Shown piece after piece: positions 1-11,684 of a stretch of 64,000 nucleotides of DNA. Numbering within the stretch: position 1 is the first letter of the stretch; each line of letters starts with the position of its first letter. Position numbers and translations under genes: made by a program. The stretch spans positions 237,956,001 to 238,020,000 of the forward strand of contig OZ024743.1 in the NCBI GenBank assembly GCA_964016885.1, read 5' to 3'. The notes below the pieces were generated by a model. It made no database searches. It worked only from the letters and a program-made list of their open reading frames with translations, and was not told where the DNA came from. Source of the stretch: Eledone cirrhosa. Its lineage: Eukaryota.

Positions 1-19
1 AACATCAGCATTTTTTTTT

Positions 20-320
20 TTTAAATTAGGCACAAGGTTAGCAACCTTGGAAGGACAAGAGGTTTAAATGGACCCAAATATACCACTGGTACTATATTCT
101 ATTGCCCTCTGTTTCAGAAGAATGAAAGGCAAGAATTAAACTTGGAATGTAAATTACCAGAACAAATACTGCTAAGCATTTGTTCGATGCTCTAAAGACT
201 CTGAGCACAAGGCCAGCGATTTTATGGGAGAAGAAAGTCAATTAAATCGACCCCAGTACTTGACTGGTATTTTATTTTATTGAGCCTGGATGGATGAAAG
301 GCAAAGTTGGCCTTGGTGGT
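20..320 (-). mobile_element. Diverged fragments of tRNA-derived SINE family B
   Basis: Contains GGCACAAGG, ACTGGTA(C/T)T and (G)ATGAAAGGCAAAGTTG segments that match, in reverse, the fuller copy at 12698-12888. Confidence 0.65.
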
Positions 321-387
321 TTCCCTTTCCCTTTCCTTTATATTATATTTGTTTGTATTTTCATTCTGTAAGCCTTGTATTACTATA

Positions 388-492
388 CTAGCTGAGGTAC
401 CCGGCTTTGCCTGGGAGAATAGTTAAGAGAAGACGGATAAAAGAGAAAACGACTGTATTGGATGTGTTGTCTGGTATGAAGTGAAACCATAA

Positions 493-523
<31 letters not shown>

Positions 524-550
524 CATAAAAAAGAGAAAGAGAGAGAGAGG
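388..550 (-). mobile_element. Non-autonomous Helitron 3' end
   Basis: The minus strand ends in a hairpin (CCCAGGC-AAA-GCCGGG) followed by CTAG|T at 388-391, next to GT/GA microsatellite. The inner boundary is approximate. Confidence 0.55.
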
Positions 551-565
551 TGGAGGGAATGGACT

Positions 566-712
566 CTAGTACTAGACTGGTACTTTTGTTATCAATCTCA
601 AAAGGATGAAAGGCAAAGTTGACCTAGGGAAGATTTGAACTCAGTGCATAGTGAGCTGGAACACATACTGCAAAACATTCTATCCAATGCTTTAATAACT
701 CTACGAATTCAC
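566..712 (-). mobile_element. SINE family B, diverged copy
   Basis: ACTGGTACTTTTG..AAGGATGAAAGGCAAAGTTGACC..GATTTGAACTCAG, which includes a reverse B box. Confidence 0.7.
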
Positions 713-1046
713 CAATAAGTAAGGTACATGCCTGTAGAATCAAGACAGCAGATTCAAGTAGTGTAATTATTTGAAAGTTTAATTAATTAGATTTATATTT
801 TAAACTCTGGTAAAGTACAGCAAATTTCTTAGGTTAATATACCAACATTTGTAGAAGTAAATTATTATTACAATAATTAGTTTGTAAAATCTTAAGATAT
901 GTTAATCAAATGACAGGTATAAACAGAAATTAAATTAATTACCTGTATTTGATTGATTCCCTGTGTTCCGTTGATATACTTCAATTTCAGTCATGTTTAA
1001 TACACAGTTTTTTGTTTTTTTTCACCTAGTAGAATACTTTAGAGAG

Positions 1047-1314
1047 AAAAAACAGCAATTAACTCTTGCTACTATATATTTTATGATATATTTATAAATA
1101 CAGAATATAATATTACATGATATACATAAAAGCTGTGGAATAGAGAATTTTATGTCCTTCGTATATATGTGTGTGTATGTATGTGTGTATTATAGACTGA
1201 CAAAACAGCGATTAAGTCTTTTGTTACCATATATTATATGATATATTTATAGATACAGAATATGATATCACATGACATGCATACAAGCTGTGGTAATAGA
1301 AAATTTCTGTCCTT
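1047..1314. repeat. Imperfect direct repeat of about 115 bp (about 1047-1159 and 1202-1314)
   Basis: AAAACAGC..ATGATATATTTATA..TACAGAATAT..AAGCTGTGG..TGTCCTT occurs twice. Confidence 0.75.
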
Positions 1315-1511
1315 AGTAAAAATGTCTATGAAACTTAAAGCATTTTTGAAAGTGTGTAACTATCATAGATTAAAACATATATTCTACGTTTACACATCAA
1401 GGCCTCATTCTTTCATAATATGAAATCAAACTTGGGTTACTATAATACACACATACATACACACACATATATATATATATACATTCATATATACATATAT
1501 ATATATATATA

Positions 1512-1949
1512 GTGAAGGTGCATGGCTTAGTAGTTAGAGCATTGGGCTTGCAATCGAAAGGTTGTGAGTTCAATTCTCGGACCGGGTGATGTGTTGTTTC
1601 CTTGAACAAGACACTTTATTTCGCCAGTTTACACAGCTGTAGAAATGAGATGATAGGACTGGGGTCCCTATCATTCCACTGCAAAGTGATCATGGAGGTG
1701 CCACGGCAAAAAAGCACCCAGCCCACACTGTAGAGTGGATGTGTAGGCGCCACGGTAAAAAAGCACCCAGCACTCACTGTAAATGAGGTTGGTGTTAGGA
1801 AGGGCATCCAGCTGTAGAAATCAAGCCAGAATCAGTTCCCGTATGAGCAAGACAAGGTCAGCTGACCGGACACTACCCACAACAAGACAACCTGTCTAAC
1901 CCATGCTAGCATGGAAGAACAGATGTAAAACGGTGAGGATGATGATGAT
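1512..1949 (+). mobile_element. tRNA-derived SINE family A, full length, with RTE-type tail
   Basis: A box TGGCTTAGTAGTTAG and B box GAGTTCAATTCTC; central GGTGTTAGGAAGGGCATCCAGCTGTAGAAA; tail CCATGCTAGCATGG..GTAAAA followed by (GAT)n. Confidence 0.85.
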
Positions 1950-1960
1950 ATCTATATATA

Positions 1961-2300
1961 TCATTTCATCATCATTTCATTTTACGTCCGCTTTTCCCTG
2001 CTTGCAAGGGTGGGCCGGGAACTGATTCTGGCTTGATTTCTACAGCTCGATGCCCTTCCTAACACCAACCTAATTTACAGTGAGTGCTGGGTGCTTTTTT
2101 TCCGTGGGACCTCCACGACCACTTTGCAGTGGAATGATATGGACCCCAGCCCCTATCATCTCATTTCTACAGCTGAGTAAACTGGAGCAATGTGAAATAA
2201 AGTGTCTTGCTCAAGGAAACAACACATCACCCGGTCTGAGAATTGAACTTACAATCTTTCGATTGCAAGGCCAATGCTCTAACCACTAAGCCATGTGCCT
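1961..2300 (-). mobile_element. SINE family A, full length, alternative tail; tail-to-tail with the previous copy
   Basis: Reverse complement has the same head and body. The tail CCCTTGCAAGCAGGGAAAAGCGGACGTAAAATGA is identical to the RTE 3' end at about 8514-8547. Confidence 0.85.
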
Positions 2301-2337
2301 ATATATATATAAATGTAATCTGAGTTTTTTGAATATT

Positions 2338-2525
2338 AATAATTGTTTCTACTTTTGGCACAAAGCCAGCAATTACCCAGTGCATTACTGGAACTTTATT
2401 TTATCGACCCCGTAAGGATGAAAGGCAAAGGAAATCTCAGCGGGATTTGAACTCAGAATGGCAAGGGCCGTAACTCTATGCGTCAAAGCATGGTGTCCGA
2501 CCCTCTACCGATACTGCCAATCCAA
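2338..2525 (-). mobile_element. SINE family B, near full length
   Basis: Reverse complement of the 12698-12888 element, including the TGGCAGTATCGGTAGAG head and the B box. Confidence 0.85.
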
Positions 2526-3148
2526 CATTCAATTCGTTTGCAATTATGCAAACAAGCCTCATGTTTAAAGCCATGTCAGTAGAATTAACTCTTCATTCTA
2601 GCTCTTGTGCTGGCATGTAAACAGAACTGCAGACACTAACGTTTCTGGGTATCAACCCTCATCAGTACAGTTCACCGTTCACTTGCCAACAGTCAGAGCT
2701 AGTGAAAATATATGCTATTTTCTAAAATATACAGTGACTGATCAGTCAGATCTGCATATTAGCAGATCCACTGATAAACCAGATTTGCATATCGGCAGAC
2801 TGGCCAGGCAGTTTCCTGTATATGAGCGATAAATAGCTTGCTCTTGTGTTGGCATGTAAACAGAAATGCATTTCTGTTTACATGCCAACACAAGAGCAAG
2901 AATGAAGGGTTCATTATACTGACATTGCTTTAAAAATGAGGTTTGTTTGCATAATTGCAAACGAATTGAATGTTATTATCAATATTTGAAAAACTCAGAT
3001 TACATTTATTGTATTCAGCCATGTAGAGCAAACATTTGTTTTATTTGAATGTGGCAAAGCTGGCCATTTATCGCTCGTATATAGGAAACTGCCTGGCCAG
3101 TCTGCTGTATGCAAATCTGGCTGATCAGTGGATCTGCTAATATGCAGA
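2524..3148. mobile_element. Nested fold-back element (PLE pseudo-LTR-like relic)
   Basis: Inverted repeats at 2524-2626/2872-2975 and about 2747-2835/3063-3148; perfect palindrome 2838-2899 centred on ATGCAT; contains a hammerhead motif. Confidence 0.7.
2624..2673 (-). ncRNA. Type I hammerhead ribozyme, canonical core
   Basis: Minus strand reads GAACTGTA-CTGATGA-GGGT tgat ACCC-A-GAAAC-gttagt-GTC-TGCAGTTC: 8-bp stem I, 4-bp stem II, GUC site. Confidence 0.85.
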
Positions 3149-3303
3149 TGTGTGAGTGTGTGCCTGTGTGTGCAAGTATGTGAGCAAAACACCACATATT
3201 TTTTCCCCTAAATCATTTTTGCCCGTTTTTTTCAGCCTCACTTTCATATTTCCTAAATTTTGTTTTCAAATCCATATTTAATAAAAACACCATGTTATTT
3301 ATT

Positions 3304-3361
3304 CATTCTGATGATGGAAGACAGATATAAATATCTGCCTTCAAGAAACCACTAGTAAATG
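3304..3361 (+). ncRNA. Type I hammerhead ribozyme
   Basis: CATT-CTGATGA-TGGAAGACAGATAT aa ATATCTGCCTTCAA-GAAAC-cacta-GTA-AATG: long stem II, minimal stem III, GUA site. Confidence 0.75.
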
Positions 3362-3955
3362 TAATAATTATCTTATGTTGTTTATTACATAACTAATAAG
3401 CTCTATAGCCTACATAGAGCACTCTCTTTTCCAGTACCTTTCCTACGGAAATACTTCATTTATATATATATGTATACCCCCTCTGCTAGTCACCCTCTCT
3501 CAGCTAGCCTCTTCCTCACACTTTCAATCACTCACTCTCTGCTACTCACCCTCTCTCTCACTTCCTCCATCGTCCCACACCGTGCGATATTCTTTCCTCG
3601 CTTACTTTCGCATGGTTAAGATGTGTCTTTCGTCTTCTCGTCAATATTCGCAAGTTCTTATGTTCAAATGAATCATTGACTTGATTTTCTCATTATTTCC
3701 TCTCTTTATGTTGCCTCACCTTTCGTGTTTGTTTACCTGTCTCTCTTTCTCCACCCAATTCTTTTTATCCCAATAACTTACTTTAGTTATTGTTCGCACT
3801 AGCCTGAGGTATCTGGTCTTTCATGCAAAGAAATACCTATTATGGCTAGTAGACCACTGATGATGGATAGTCCTGGCTTCTATTTCTAATTCTTCATTTT
3901 AATTTGTATATCACATGTATAGCAACAACACAACATGCCATTTTTCATTCCTATA

Positions 3956-4232
3956 TCATCATCATCATCATCACCATTTTACGTCCGCTCCTCCACGCTA
4001 GCATGGGTTAGATGGGTTGTCCTGTTGCGGGCAGTGTCCAGTCGGCTGACCTTGTCTTGCTCATAAGGGAACTGATTTTGGCTTGATTCCTACAGCTGGA
4101 TGCCCTTCCTAACACCAACCTCATTTACAGTGAGTGGTGGGTGCTTTTTTCCGTGGCGCCTAGACGTCCACTTTACAGTGTGGGCTGGGTACTTTTTTGC
4201 CATGGCAATTCCACGACCACTTTGCAGTGGGA
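3956..4232 (-). mobile_element. SINE family A, 5'-truncated
   Basis: Reverse complement of about 1670-1949, with a (CAT)n tail at 3956-3976. Confidence 0.85.
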
Positions 4233-4290
4233 GGGTGTGGGTGCATATTGTTTATATGCTTCAGCTTCGACTTGTACGCGTGGGGGGGGG

Positions 4291-6758
4291 GGGGTCTTCT
4301 GTATTACTACGTGACGCCAGAGGTCACGGTCGTGTGTCATCGCCTTTGAGAGGTGTAATTGTGTAAGGTCGGCTTTTATGACTTCATCCCAGGTCTTCTT
4401 GGGTCTCCCCACTCCGCGGTTTCCATCGACTTCTAGTGCTCTGCACCTTTTTATGCAGCTGTCATCCTTCATACGCATCACATGTCCAAACCAATGCAAC
4501 CGCCTCTCCTGCACACAGCATTTATGCTCAGTCTCTCTCTCAATTCATCTATGCTTTGCCGTTCGCGTATATTACTATTACACATCCATCGGAGCATGCA
4601 TGCTTCGTTTCTTTCTAATCTACGTAAGTCTTCCAACTTCAGCGCCCAGGTCTCACTACCATGTAACATTGCTGTTCGTATGCACGCATCATACTGTCTA
4701 CCTTTCATTTTGAAGGAAAAGCCTTTTGCAGCTAGCAGTGGCAGTAGCTCCCTGAACTTCTTCCATCCTGTTCTTACCCTAGTTATTGTACTTTCCGAAC
4801 ACCCACCTCCACTGCTAATTCGGTCACCTAGGTAGCAGAAGCTGTCTACTGTTTCTACAGAGCCCTCCCAGAGATTGGTGGTACTTGTTTCCTGTGGCTG
4901 TTTGCTGCTTGCTGTCCCAGCCCAGCTGCTACATGTGAAGCCTACATTCTTAATTAAGCTTCTGAGATCCTGCTACATCTCTTGTGTACCCCTTGTTTGC
5001 ATTTGGGACAGAGAATGGAGTTCCTACCTACACTTTTCCTACATACTGAGCAAGGCCATTTCCCTGAGGGGATCTGGGTTCTGTTTTCTCATCTATTTAC
5101 AAGGACCTTAGTCTTTGTCAGGTTGACTTTGAGACCCTTTCTTTCTAGTCCCTGCTTCCAAGTTTGGAATTTCTTCTCTAGTTCTACCATAGATTCAGCT
5201 ATAAGTGCGAGGTCATCTGCATACAGGAGTTCCCATGGGCATCTGGTCTTAAACTCCCCCGTTATTGCCTACAGGACTATGATGAACAGGAGAGGGCTAA
5301 GAACAGAGCCCTGGTGGACACCGACCTGTAGGCTAAATTCCTCGCTATAGTCATTGCTAATCATAACTTTGCTGACTGCTCCCTTATACATGGCTTGTAC
5401 AGCTTTCACAAGCCATTCATCTACTCCTACTTTTCTAAGAGCCCACCAGATTATAGAACGGGGAACTCTGTCAAAGGCTTTCTTGAGATCGACGAATGCC
5501 AGGTAGAGCGGCTTACTTTTAGCTAGGTACTTTTCCTGTAACTGCCTCACAAGGAAGAGGGCATCAGTGGTGCCTCTTCCTGGCACAAACCGAAATTGCA
5601 TCTCATCTAGTTTCACCCGGTCCCTAATCAACTGTGCTATAACTCTTTCTGTTACTTCCATGACCTGGTCCATCAGCTTTATACCTCTATAGTTTTCTCT
5701 ATCTAGTGCATCACCTTTACCTTTGTAGCAGTTGACAATGATGCTACTGCACCAATCTTTTAGTATGACACCTTCTAGTATTACCTGGTTAACAATACGT
5801 GTGGTTATAGTGTGACCTACAGACCCAGATGCCTTCAGCATCTCGGCAGCTATACCCAATGGACCGGCTGCCTTCCTCATCTTCATATCTTTGATTGCCT
5901 TACTGACTTGTAGTGCTGTTGACTTGTACTGTCGACCCCTCTATAGGGTCTACTTGGAGTAGGGTCTCTTCTTCCCATGCAATCTCCTCATTTAGTAATC
6001 TTTCATAATGGCTCTTCTACGCATCTTTCTTCTCAGCACTTGTGAGGGTAAACTCACCTTTATCATTCCGGATACACTTCTCTCCAATGACATCACAATT
6101 CTCTCTGACACACTGCCTCGCAATCTTGAACATCTCCTGTTTCTGGTCCTCACGTTGCAAAACATGCTTGAATTTTCTATTCTCTGCTTCCCTTCTAGCT
6201 AAGTATACTTGTCGCCTAGCTTCCCTCCTGGTCTCTATGTAATGTACCCTGTGTCCCCCATTCTTCCATTCTTTCCATGCCTCTCTCTTAGCCTTAACTG
6301 CCTCATCTACCTTATTGTTCCACCACCAAATCACTCTCCTCCTGCCTGTGGTCTTGCTCCAACCACAGATCTCGTCTGTCGTCTTTAGTAGGTTATTTCT
6401 TTTTTAGGAACTCCGAGTGCTCTTCTACATTGAATATCTCTAGCTGTTCTTCTTTACTGTCATAGGCGTCAAGTAAAATATCTTTAAATCTGTTACTGGC
6501 TGAGGGGTCTTTCAGCTTCCAGATCTTTCTTCTCCAGGTTGGCTTCTGTTTCCAGGTTCATCTAGTTCTGACAGTGAGGTCGCTGACAACTAAGTTATGT
6601 TGGGAGGTACATTCCTCACTAGGGAAGGCTTTTGTGTTTACGACCGTCCATGTGTCACATCCTCTGATAAGGATAAAATCTATCTGACTAGAATGATCCC
6701 CTGATCTATAGGTGATCAGGTGGTTGTCGGGTTTTTTAAAGTTTGTGTTACATATCGA
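4291..6758 (-). mobile_element. RTE-clade LINE, decayed (C-terminal part of the AP endonuclease, RT and C-terminus)
   Basis: ORF pieces SQIDFIL..HNLVV; NYRGIKL..QFRFVPGRGTTDA..AFVDLKKAFDRV..GVHQGSVLSPLLF; LYADD near 5211-5225; LHGSETW; RRLHWFGHV..GRPKKTW. Several frameshifts and stops. Confidence 0.93.
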
Positions 6759-6784
6759 CACACACACATATATATATATATATG

Positions 6785-7145
6785 AGATTTAAAGAAAGAA
6801 GAGTAACATGGTTGGCTGTACAATAAGGGCTTTATTTAAAGTACTGACATTTGTTTCATTGATCAGGTGTGTTTAGAGTTCGGTAATCGCTTGAGGTTGT
6901 GTCAATCGATCTCCAATACATTGTTTACCAATGGTGAACACATCAGAGCACGCATATTTGAAAATAATTCACTCGAGGCAAGACTTATATAGAAGAGTAG
7001 CGTAAAACAAAACAATAACATCAATAATAGAACACTGTATGATTAAAACAAAGACATCAATAATAAAACATGTATGGTAAAGAGATAGAGAAGTTACAGA
7101 TGTAAAAAGTGACAAGTAAGATACAATGTAGGATACATTAAAAAA
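6785..7145 (-). mobile_element. Solo PLE pseudo-LTR-like element, same family as 58600-58960
   Basis: Reverse-complement similarity to about 58600-58960; contains a hammerhead-like motif at 6841-6951. Confidence 0.75.
6841..6951 (-). ncRNA. Hammerhead-like motif, CUGAUGU variant with extended stem II
   Basis: GTGCT-CTGATGT-GTTCACCAT..CTGATCAAT-GAAAC-aaat-GTC-AGTAC. Confidence 0.6.
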
Positions 7146-7151
7146 TAATAT

Positions 7152-7339
7152 GGGGTCCATATCATTCCACTGCAAAGGAGTCGTGGAGATGCCACGGCAA
7201 AAAAGCACCCAGCACTCACTGTAAATGAGGTTAGTGTTAGGAAGGGCATCCAGCTGTAGAAATCAAGCCAGAATCAATTCCCGTCCCACCCTTGCAAGCA
7301 GGGAAAAAGCGAACGTAAAATGAAATGAAATGTAAAATG
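7152..7339 (+). mobile_element. SINE family A, 5'-truncated, RTE-type tail
   Basis: Body matches 1660-1835; tail CCCTTGCAAGCAGGGAAAAAGCGAACGTAAAATG. Confidence 0.85.
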
Positions 7340-7409
7340 AATATATATATATATGTATATATATATATGTATATATGTATATGTAAATATATATATATGT
7401 ATATATATG

Positions 7410-7447
<38 letters not shown>

Positions 7448-7523
7448 CATATGTATATATATATATATGTATATATGTATATATATATGTATATATATAT
7501 ATATCTATATATATATATATATG

Positions 7524-7571
<48 letters not shown>

Positions 7572-7770
7572 CATATATATATATACATATATATATGTAT
7601 ATATGTATATATATATATGTATATATGTATATATATATCTACATATATACGTATATATATATGTGTATATATATATATCTACATATATATGTATATATAT
7701 ATATATGTGTATATATATACATATGTATATATATATACATATATATAGATACATATATATATATATATAC
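7340..7770. repeat. Imperfect (TA)n microsatellite
   Basis: Seen directly. Similar tracts at 7982-8140, 8563-8727, 9687-9817, 10301-10458, 11686-12105, 41974-42056, 43313-43418, 62294-62552 and 62744-62827. Confidence 0.97.
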
Positions 7771-7862
7771 GTAGGTCCCGGGTTGAGTCGGGCATAACCA
7801 CAATAAGTAAGGTACTCAATACATGGCAGAGTAAATTTTTTTTAATTTTTTTTTTTTAAATA

Positions 7863-8140
<278 letters not shown>

Positions 8141-8141
8141 T

Positions 8142-8562
8142 GGGCAGCAACTGCAGTGGATATGTGACGGCTGGAGAGAAATGAGGCAAGCATGCTCCGT
8201 TGGATGTGCAGTGTAAATGTGCGTGAAGGACCCAGCATAAATGTGTTGAGAGAGAAACTGTGTCTGAGAGGGATAGAATGTAGTGTACGGGAGAGGAGAC
8301 TGAGGTAGTATGGACATGTGATGCGCATGGAGGATGACCGATGGGTGAAGAAGTTCCAGGAAATGCCAGTTGAAGGAAGACGTGGTAGAGGTAGACCACG
8401 AAAAACATGGGCGGTGCTGGTGAGAACAGACCTCAGATCATTGAAGCTCACGGTGGAGATGACAAAAGACCGTGACGAGTGGAGAGATGCTGTGCTGAAT
8501 AAGACCCGTCCCTCCCTTGCAAGCAGGGAAAAGCGGACGTAAAATGATGATGATGATGATGA
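8142..8562 (+). mobile_element. RTE LINE 3' fragment with intact 3' end and (ATG)n tail
   Basis: [43 protein letters not shown], then ACGTAAAA(TGA)n. Confidence 0.9.
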
Positions 8563-8564
8563 TA

Positions 8565-8627
<63 letters not shown>

Positions 8628-8649
8628 GTATATATACATATGTATATAA

Positions 8650-8716
<67 letters not shown>

Positions 8717-8725
8717 CATATATAC

Positions 8726-8821
8726 ATATGAAAGACGTAAAATAAGAAAATTATAAAAATTAACTTACTTACTAAAATGTAAGTTAATTTTTATAATTTT
8801 CTTCTTTTACGTCTTTCATAT
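8726..8821. repeat. AT-rich hairpin, arms about 43 bp, loop about 10 nt
   Basis: ATATGAAAGACGTAAAA..TTAACTTAC / GTAAGTTAA..TTTTACGTCTTTCATAT. Confidence 0.85.
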
Positions 8822-8930
8822 AATTGTTCTGCACCCCCTTGCATTGAACCACAAAGTTACTAAGACAAAACCTATATATTTGCTAGCATAGGTATGCATC
8901 TGTATATATATGTTGGTAGATATACTAATT

Positions 8931-8962
<32 letters not shown>

Positions 8963-8970
<8 letters not shown>

Positions 8971-9555
8971 TTGCGAGGTTTTTATTATCTGAAATCGTGT
9001 GTCGAAACAAATATTGTTATACTTGGGGAGGGTCATATTTGTGTAATATTGCCAGAATTAATAACAGAACACACTCACTGTTTGGTTGGTTTTCGCTTCT
9101 CGCTTCTGTGTCTTTTATATCGGTAATCTAACTTACTCGGTCCTCAATGTTGCCATTGACTGACCGACGGTCAAAAATAATACAGATACAATATAGACAC
9201 AAACACATATATATAGTTTATCATAAATCTTTCGTTGCACATCTGCAAAATCGTCAGTGGTGCTATCTTTTCCTCCTGTTGTATTGTATGTCTACGCCAT
9301 TTTTATATATATATATATAAAAATGGCGAAGGCATACGATACAACATATATAATAAACTATATATATGTGTTTGTGTCTATATTGTATCTGTATTATTTT
9401 TGACCGTCGGTCAGTCAATGGCAACATTGAGGACCGAGTAAGTTAGATTACCGATATAAAAGACACAGAAGCGAGAAGCGAAAACCAACCAAACAGTGAG
9501 TGTGTTCTGTTATTAATTCTGGCAATATTACACAAATATGACCCTCCCCAAGTAT

Positions 9556-9562
<7 letters not shown>
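8963..9562. mobile_element. Fold-back PLE pseudo-LTR relic, same family as 42056-43315
   Basis: Arms about 9010-9222 and 9350-9562 are near-perfect inverted repeats, with a (TA)n centre and a hammerhead-like motif at 9220-9261 (minus). Confidence 0.8.
9220..9261 (-). ncRNA. Hammerhead-like motif (CUGACGA)
   Basis: ACCA-CTGACGA-TT TTGCA gatg TGCAA C-GAAA-gat-TTA-TGAT; stem I is imperfect. Confidence 0.55.
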
Positions 9563-9592
<30 letters not shown>

Positions 9593-9682
9593 CGATGAAA
9601 TACCAATGATGGTTGGAAGATCACTGATGAAGGACTAACTTTATTCATATGTAACCCATTTGCAACCACGCAGCACGTTTAT

Positions 9683-9916
<234 letters not shown>

Positions 9917-9927
9917 TATATATATAT

Positions 9928-10219
9928 ATATAAAGAAAAAGAGATGAAATCGAAAATGCAACTGGAGTCTTATTTTTTTTAAAAATATATATAATTATTT
10001 GGTTCCTTTACCGGTTTCGCAGTTCTTCTGCTTTTCAAAAGGTGAGTTGAGATGGACGGTCTGTGAGGGATGTGAGAAAAACCACAGACCCTCCATCTCA
10101 ATTCACCTTTTGAAAAGCAGAAGAACTGCGAAAGCGGTAAAGGTACCAAATAAATATATATATTTTTAAAAAAAATAAGACTCCAGTTGCATTTTCGATT
10201 TCATCTATTTTTCTTTATA
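9928..10219. mobile_element. Fold-back element, arms about 137 bp, 17-nt spacer, one hammerhead variant per arm
   Basis: 9928-10065 is the reverse complement of 10083-10219 with few mismatches. Confidence 0.85.
10005..10042 (-). ncRNA. Minimal type I hammerhead, U3-A8 variant (plus-strand copy at 10105-10144)
   Basis: CCTT-TTGAAAA-GCAG aagaa CTGC-GAAA-CCG-GTA-AAGG; palindromic stem III ACCGGT. Confidence 0.75.
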
Positions 10220-10280
10220 CTTTCACTCGTGTAGGACACCTCGGTTATTTTTCATTTTGTAAAAAAACCTCACTTTCTAA

Positions 10281-10338
<58 letters not shown>

Positions 10339-10369
10339 TAATAACACATATATATATACACACATATAT

Positions 10370-10455
<86 letters not shown>

Positions 10456-10460
<5 letters not shown>

Positions 10461-11684
10461 AACGAGTAGGACCCCGACGGCTGAGCTCAACCATTTCGAC
10501 GGCTAATTCTGGACTAAATGAAAATTGTTATCCTGGCACATGAATAGCCGAGCTTCTCAGGGGGTAATTCCATATATGGTAAAGGGGATTGTAACAAGGA
10601 TTGGTCAAAAGTTTGTTGTTGAGACACATAATTCTATCATGGCATTTTGTGGAAGGAAGTGGTAGCTGAACTTGCCAGTAGAAGAAAGAGGGAGAGGGAG
10701 TGGAGGAAACCCAGTCGTGCGTTGATAGTGACAACTACAGCAGGATCCTAAGGATAAGCGGTCAAGAGAAGTCTACTAGGGAGGGGGGGGGGCGAGGAAG
10801 TCGAAACAATAAGTAAATCAATATGGAGTAAATATATAGAAGAATAATAAGATTGTTAATTTTTCGTATTAAATTTTTCATATATATCGTACGAGCATTT
10901 ATGTAGTTTGTATTAGAATTTATGTATCGTAGCGGCACTCTTATATATCGTATTAGTATTCATTTTCGGGACTCTGAATTATTATTTCGTAGTAGTTTCT
11001 TTAGTATTTTGGCCCCCTACTTGTTGACCTGTCGCTGTAAGATAGATTTGGACGATTACTACTAACTCATAAAATTATTTCACTACAATCTCGTATTTAG
11101 TATTCCGTCCCACCTATTAAACTTTTCTATAGTTTAGCAGTACCAGTGAGAGACTTGATGATTGTGGTAGGGGAATAGTAACCAGAAATTGTTTTTTTAA
11201 AATATTTTTAACATTCTTATTATTCTTCTATATATTTACTCCATATTGATTTACTTATTGTTTCGACTCCCCCCCCCCCTCCCTAGTATACCTCTCTTGA
11301 CCTCTTATCCTTAGGATCCTGCTGTAGTTGTCACTATCAACGCACGACTGGTTTTCCTCCACTCCCTCTCCCTCTTTCTTCTACTGGCAAGTTCAGCTAC
11401 CCCTTCCTTCCACAAAATGCCATGATAGAATTATGTGTCTCAACAACAAACTTTTGACCAATCCTTGTGACAATCCCCTTTACCATATATGGAATTACCC
11501 CCTGAGAAGCTCGGCTATTCATGTACCAGGATAAAAATGTTCATTTAGTCCAGAATTAGCCGTCGAAACGGCTTGAGCTCAGCCGTCGGGGTCCTACTCG
11601 TTCCTATTACCCACTCTACTACCCTAAGTATTGAGTACTTTGGTGCGTTATGGTCCATCTAGTTCCTTACCATATTTCCTTCGT

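Noticed and set aside
1512-1590. tRNA gene call for the A/B-box heads of SINE families A and B
   Set aside because: They continue into repeated SINE bodies and tails and lack a complete cloverleaf.
3797-3880. ACTAGCC..GGCTAGT stem with CTGAGGT/GAAA, and CTGATGATGGATAGTCC at 3857
   Set aside because: The core is degenerate or truncated, with no GAAA/NUH after the second motif; not counted as ribozymes.
8966-9008. GTTTTGCGAGG..GAAATCGTGTGTCGAAAC in the element tail
   Set aside because: The core lacks UGA and stem II is not conserved in the 43.3-kb copy.
9590-9650. CTGATGAAGGAC at 9624
   Set aside because: No closing stem II or GAAA downstream; at most a fragment.
11150-11200. TTGATGA..ACCAGAAATTG hammerhead-like string
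   Set aside because: No convincing stem I, stem III or cleavage triplet.
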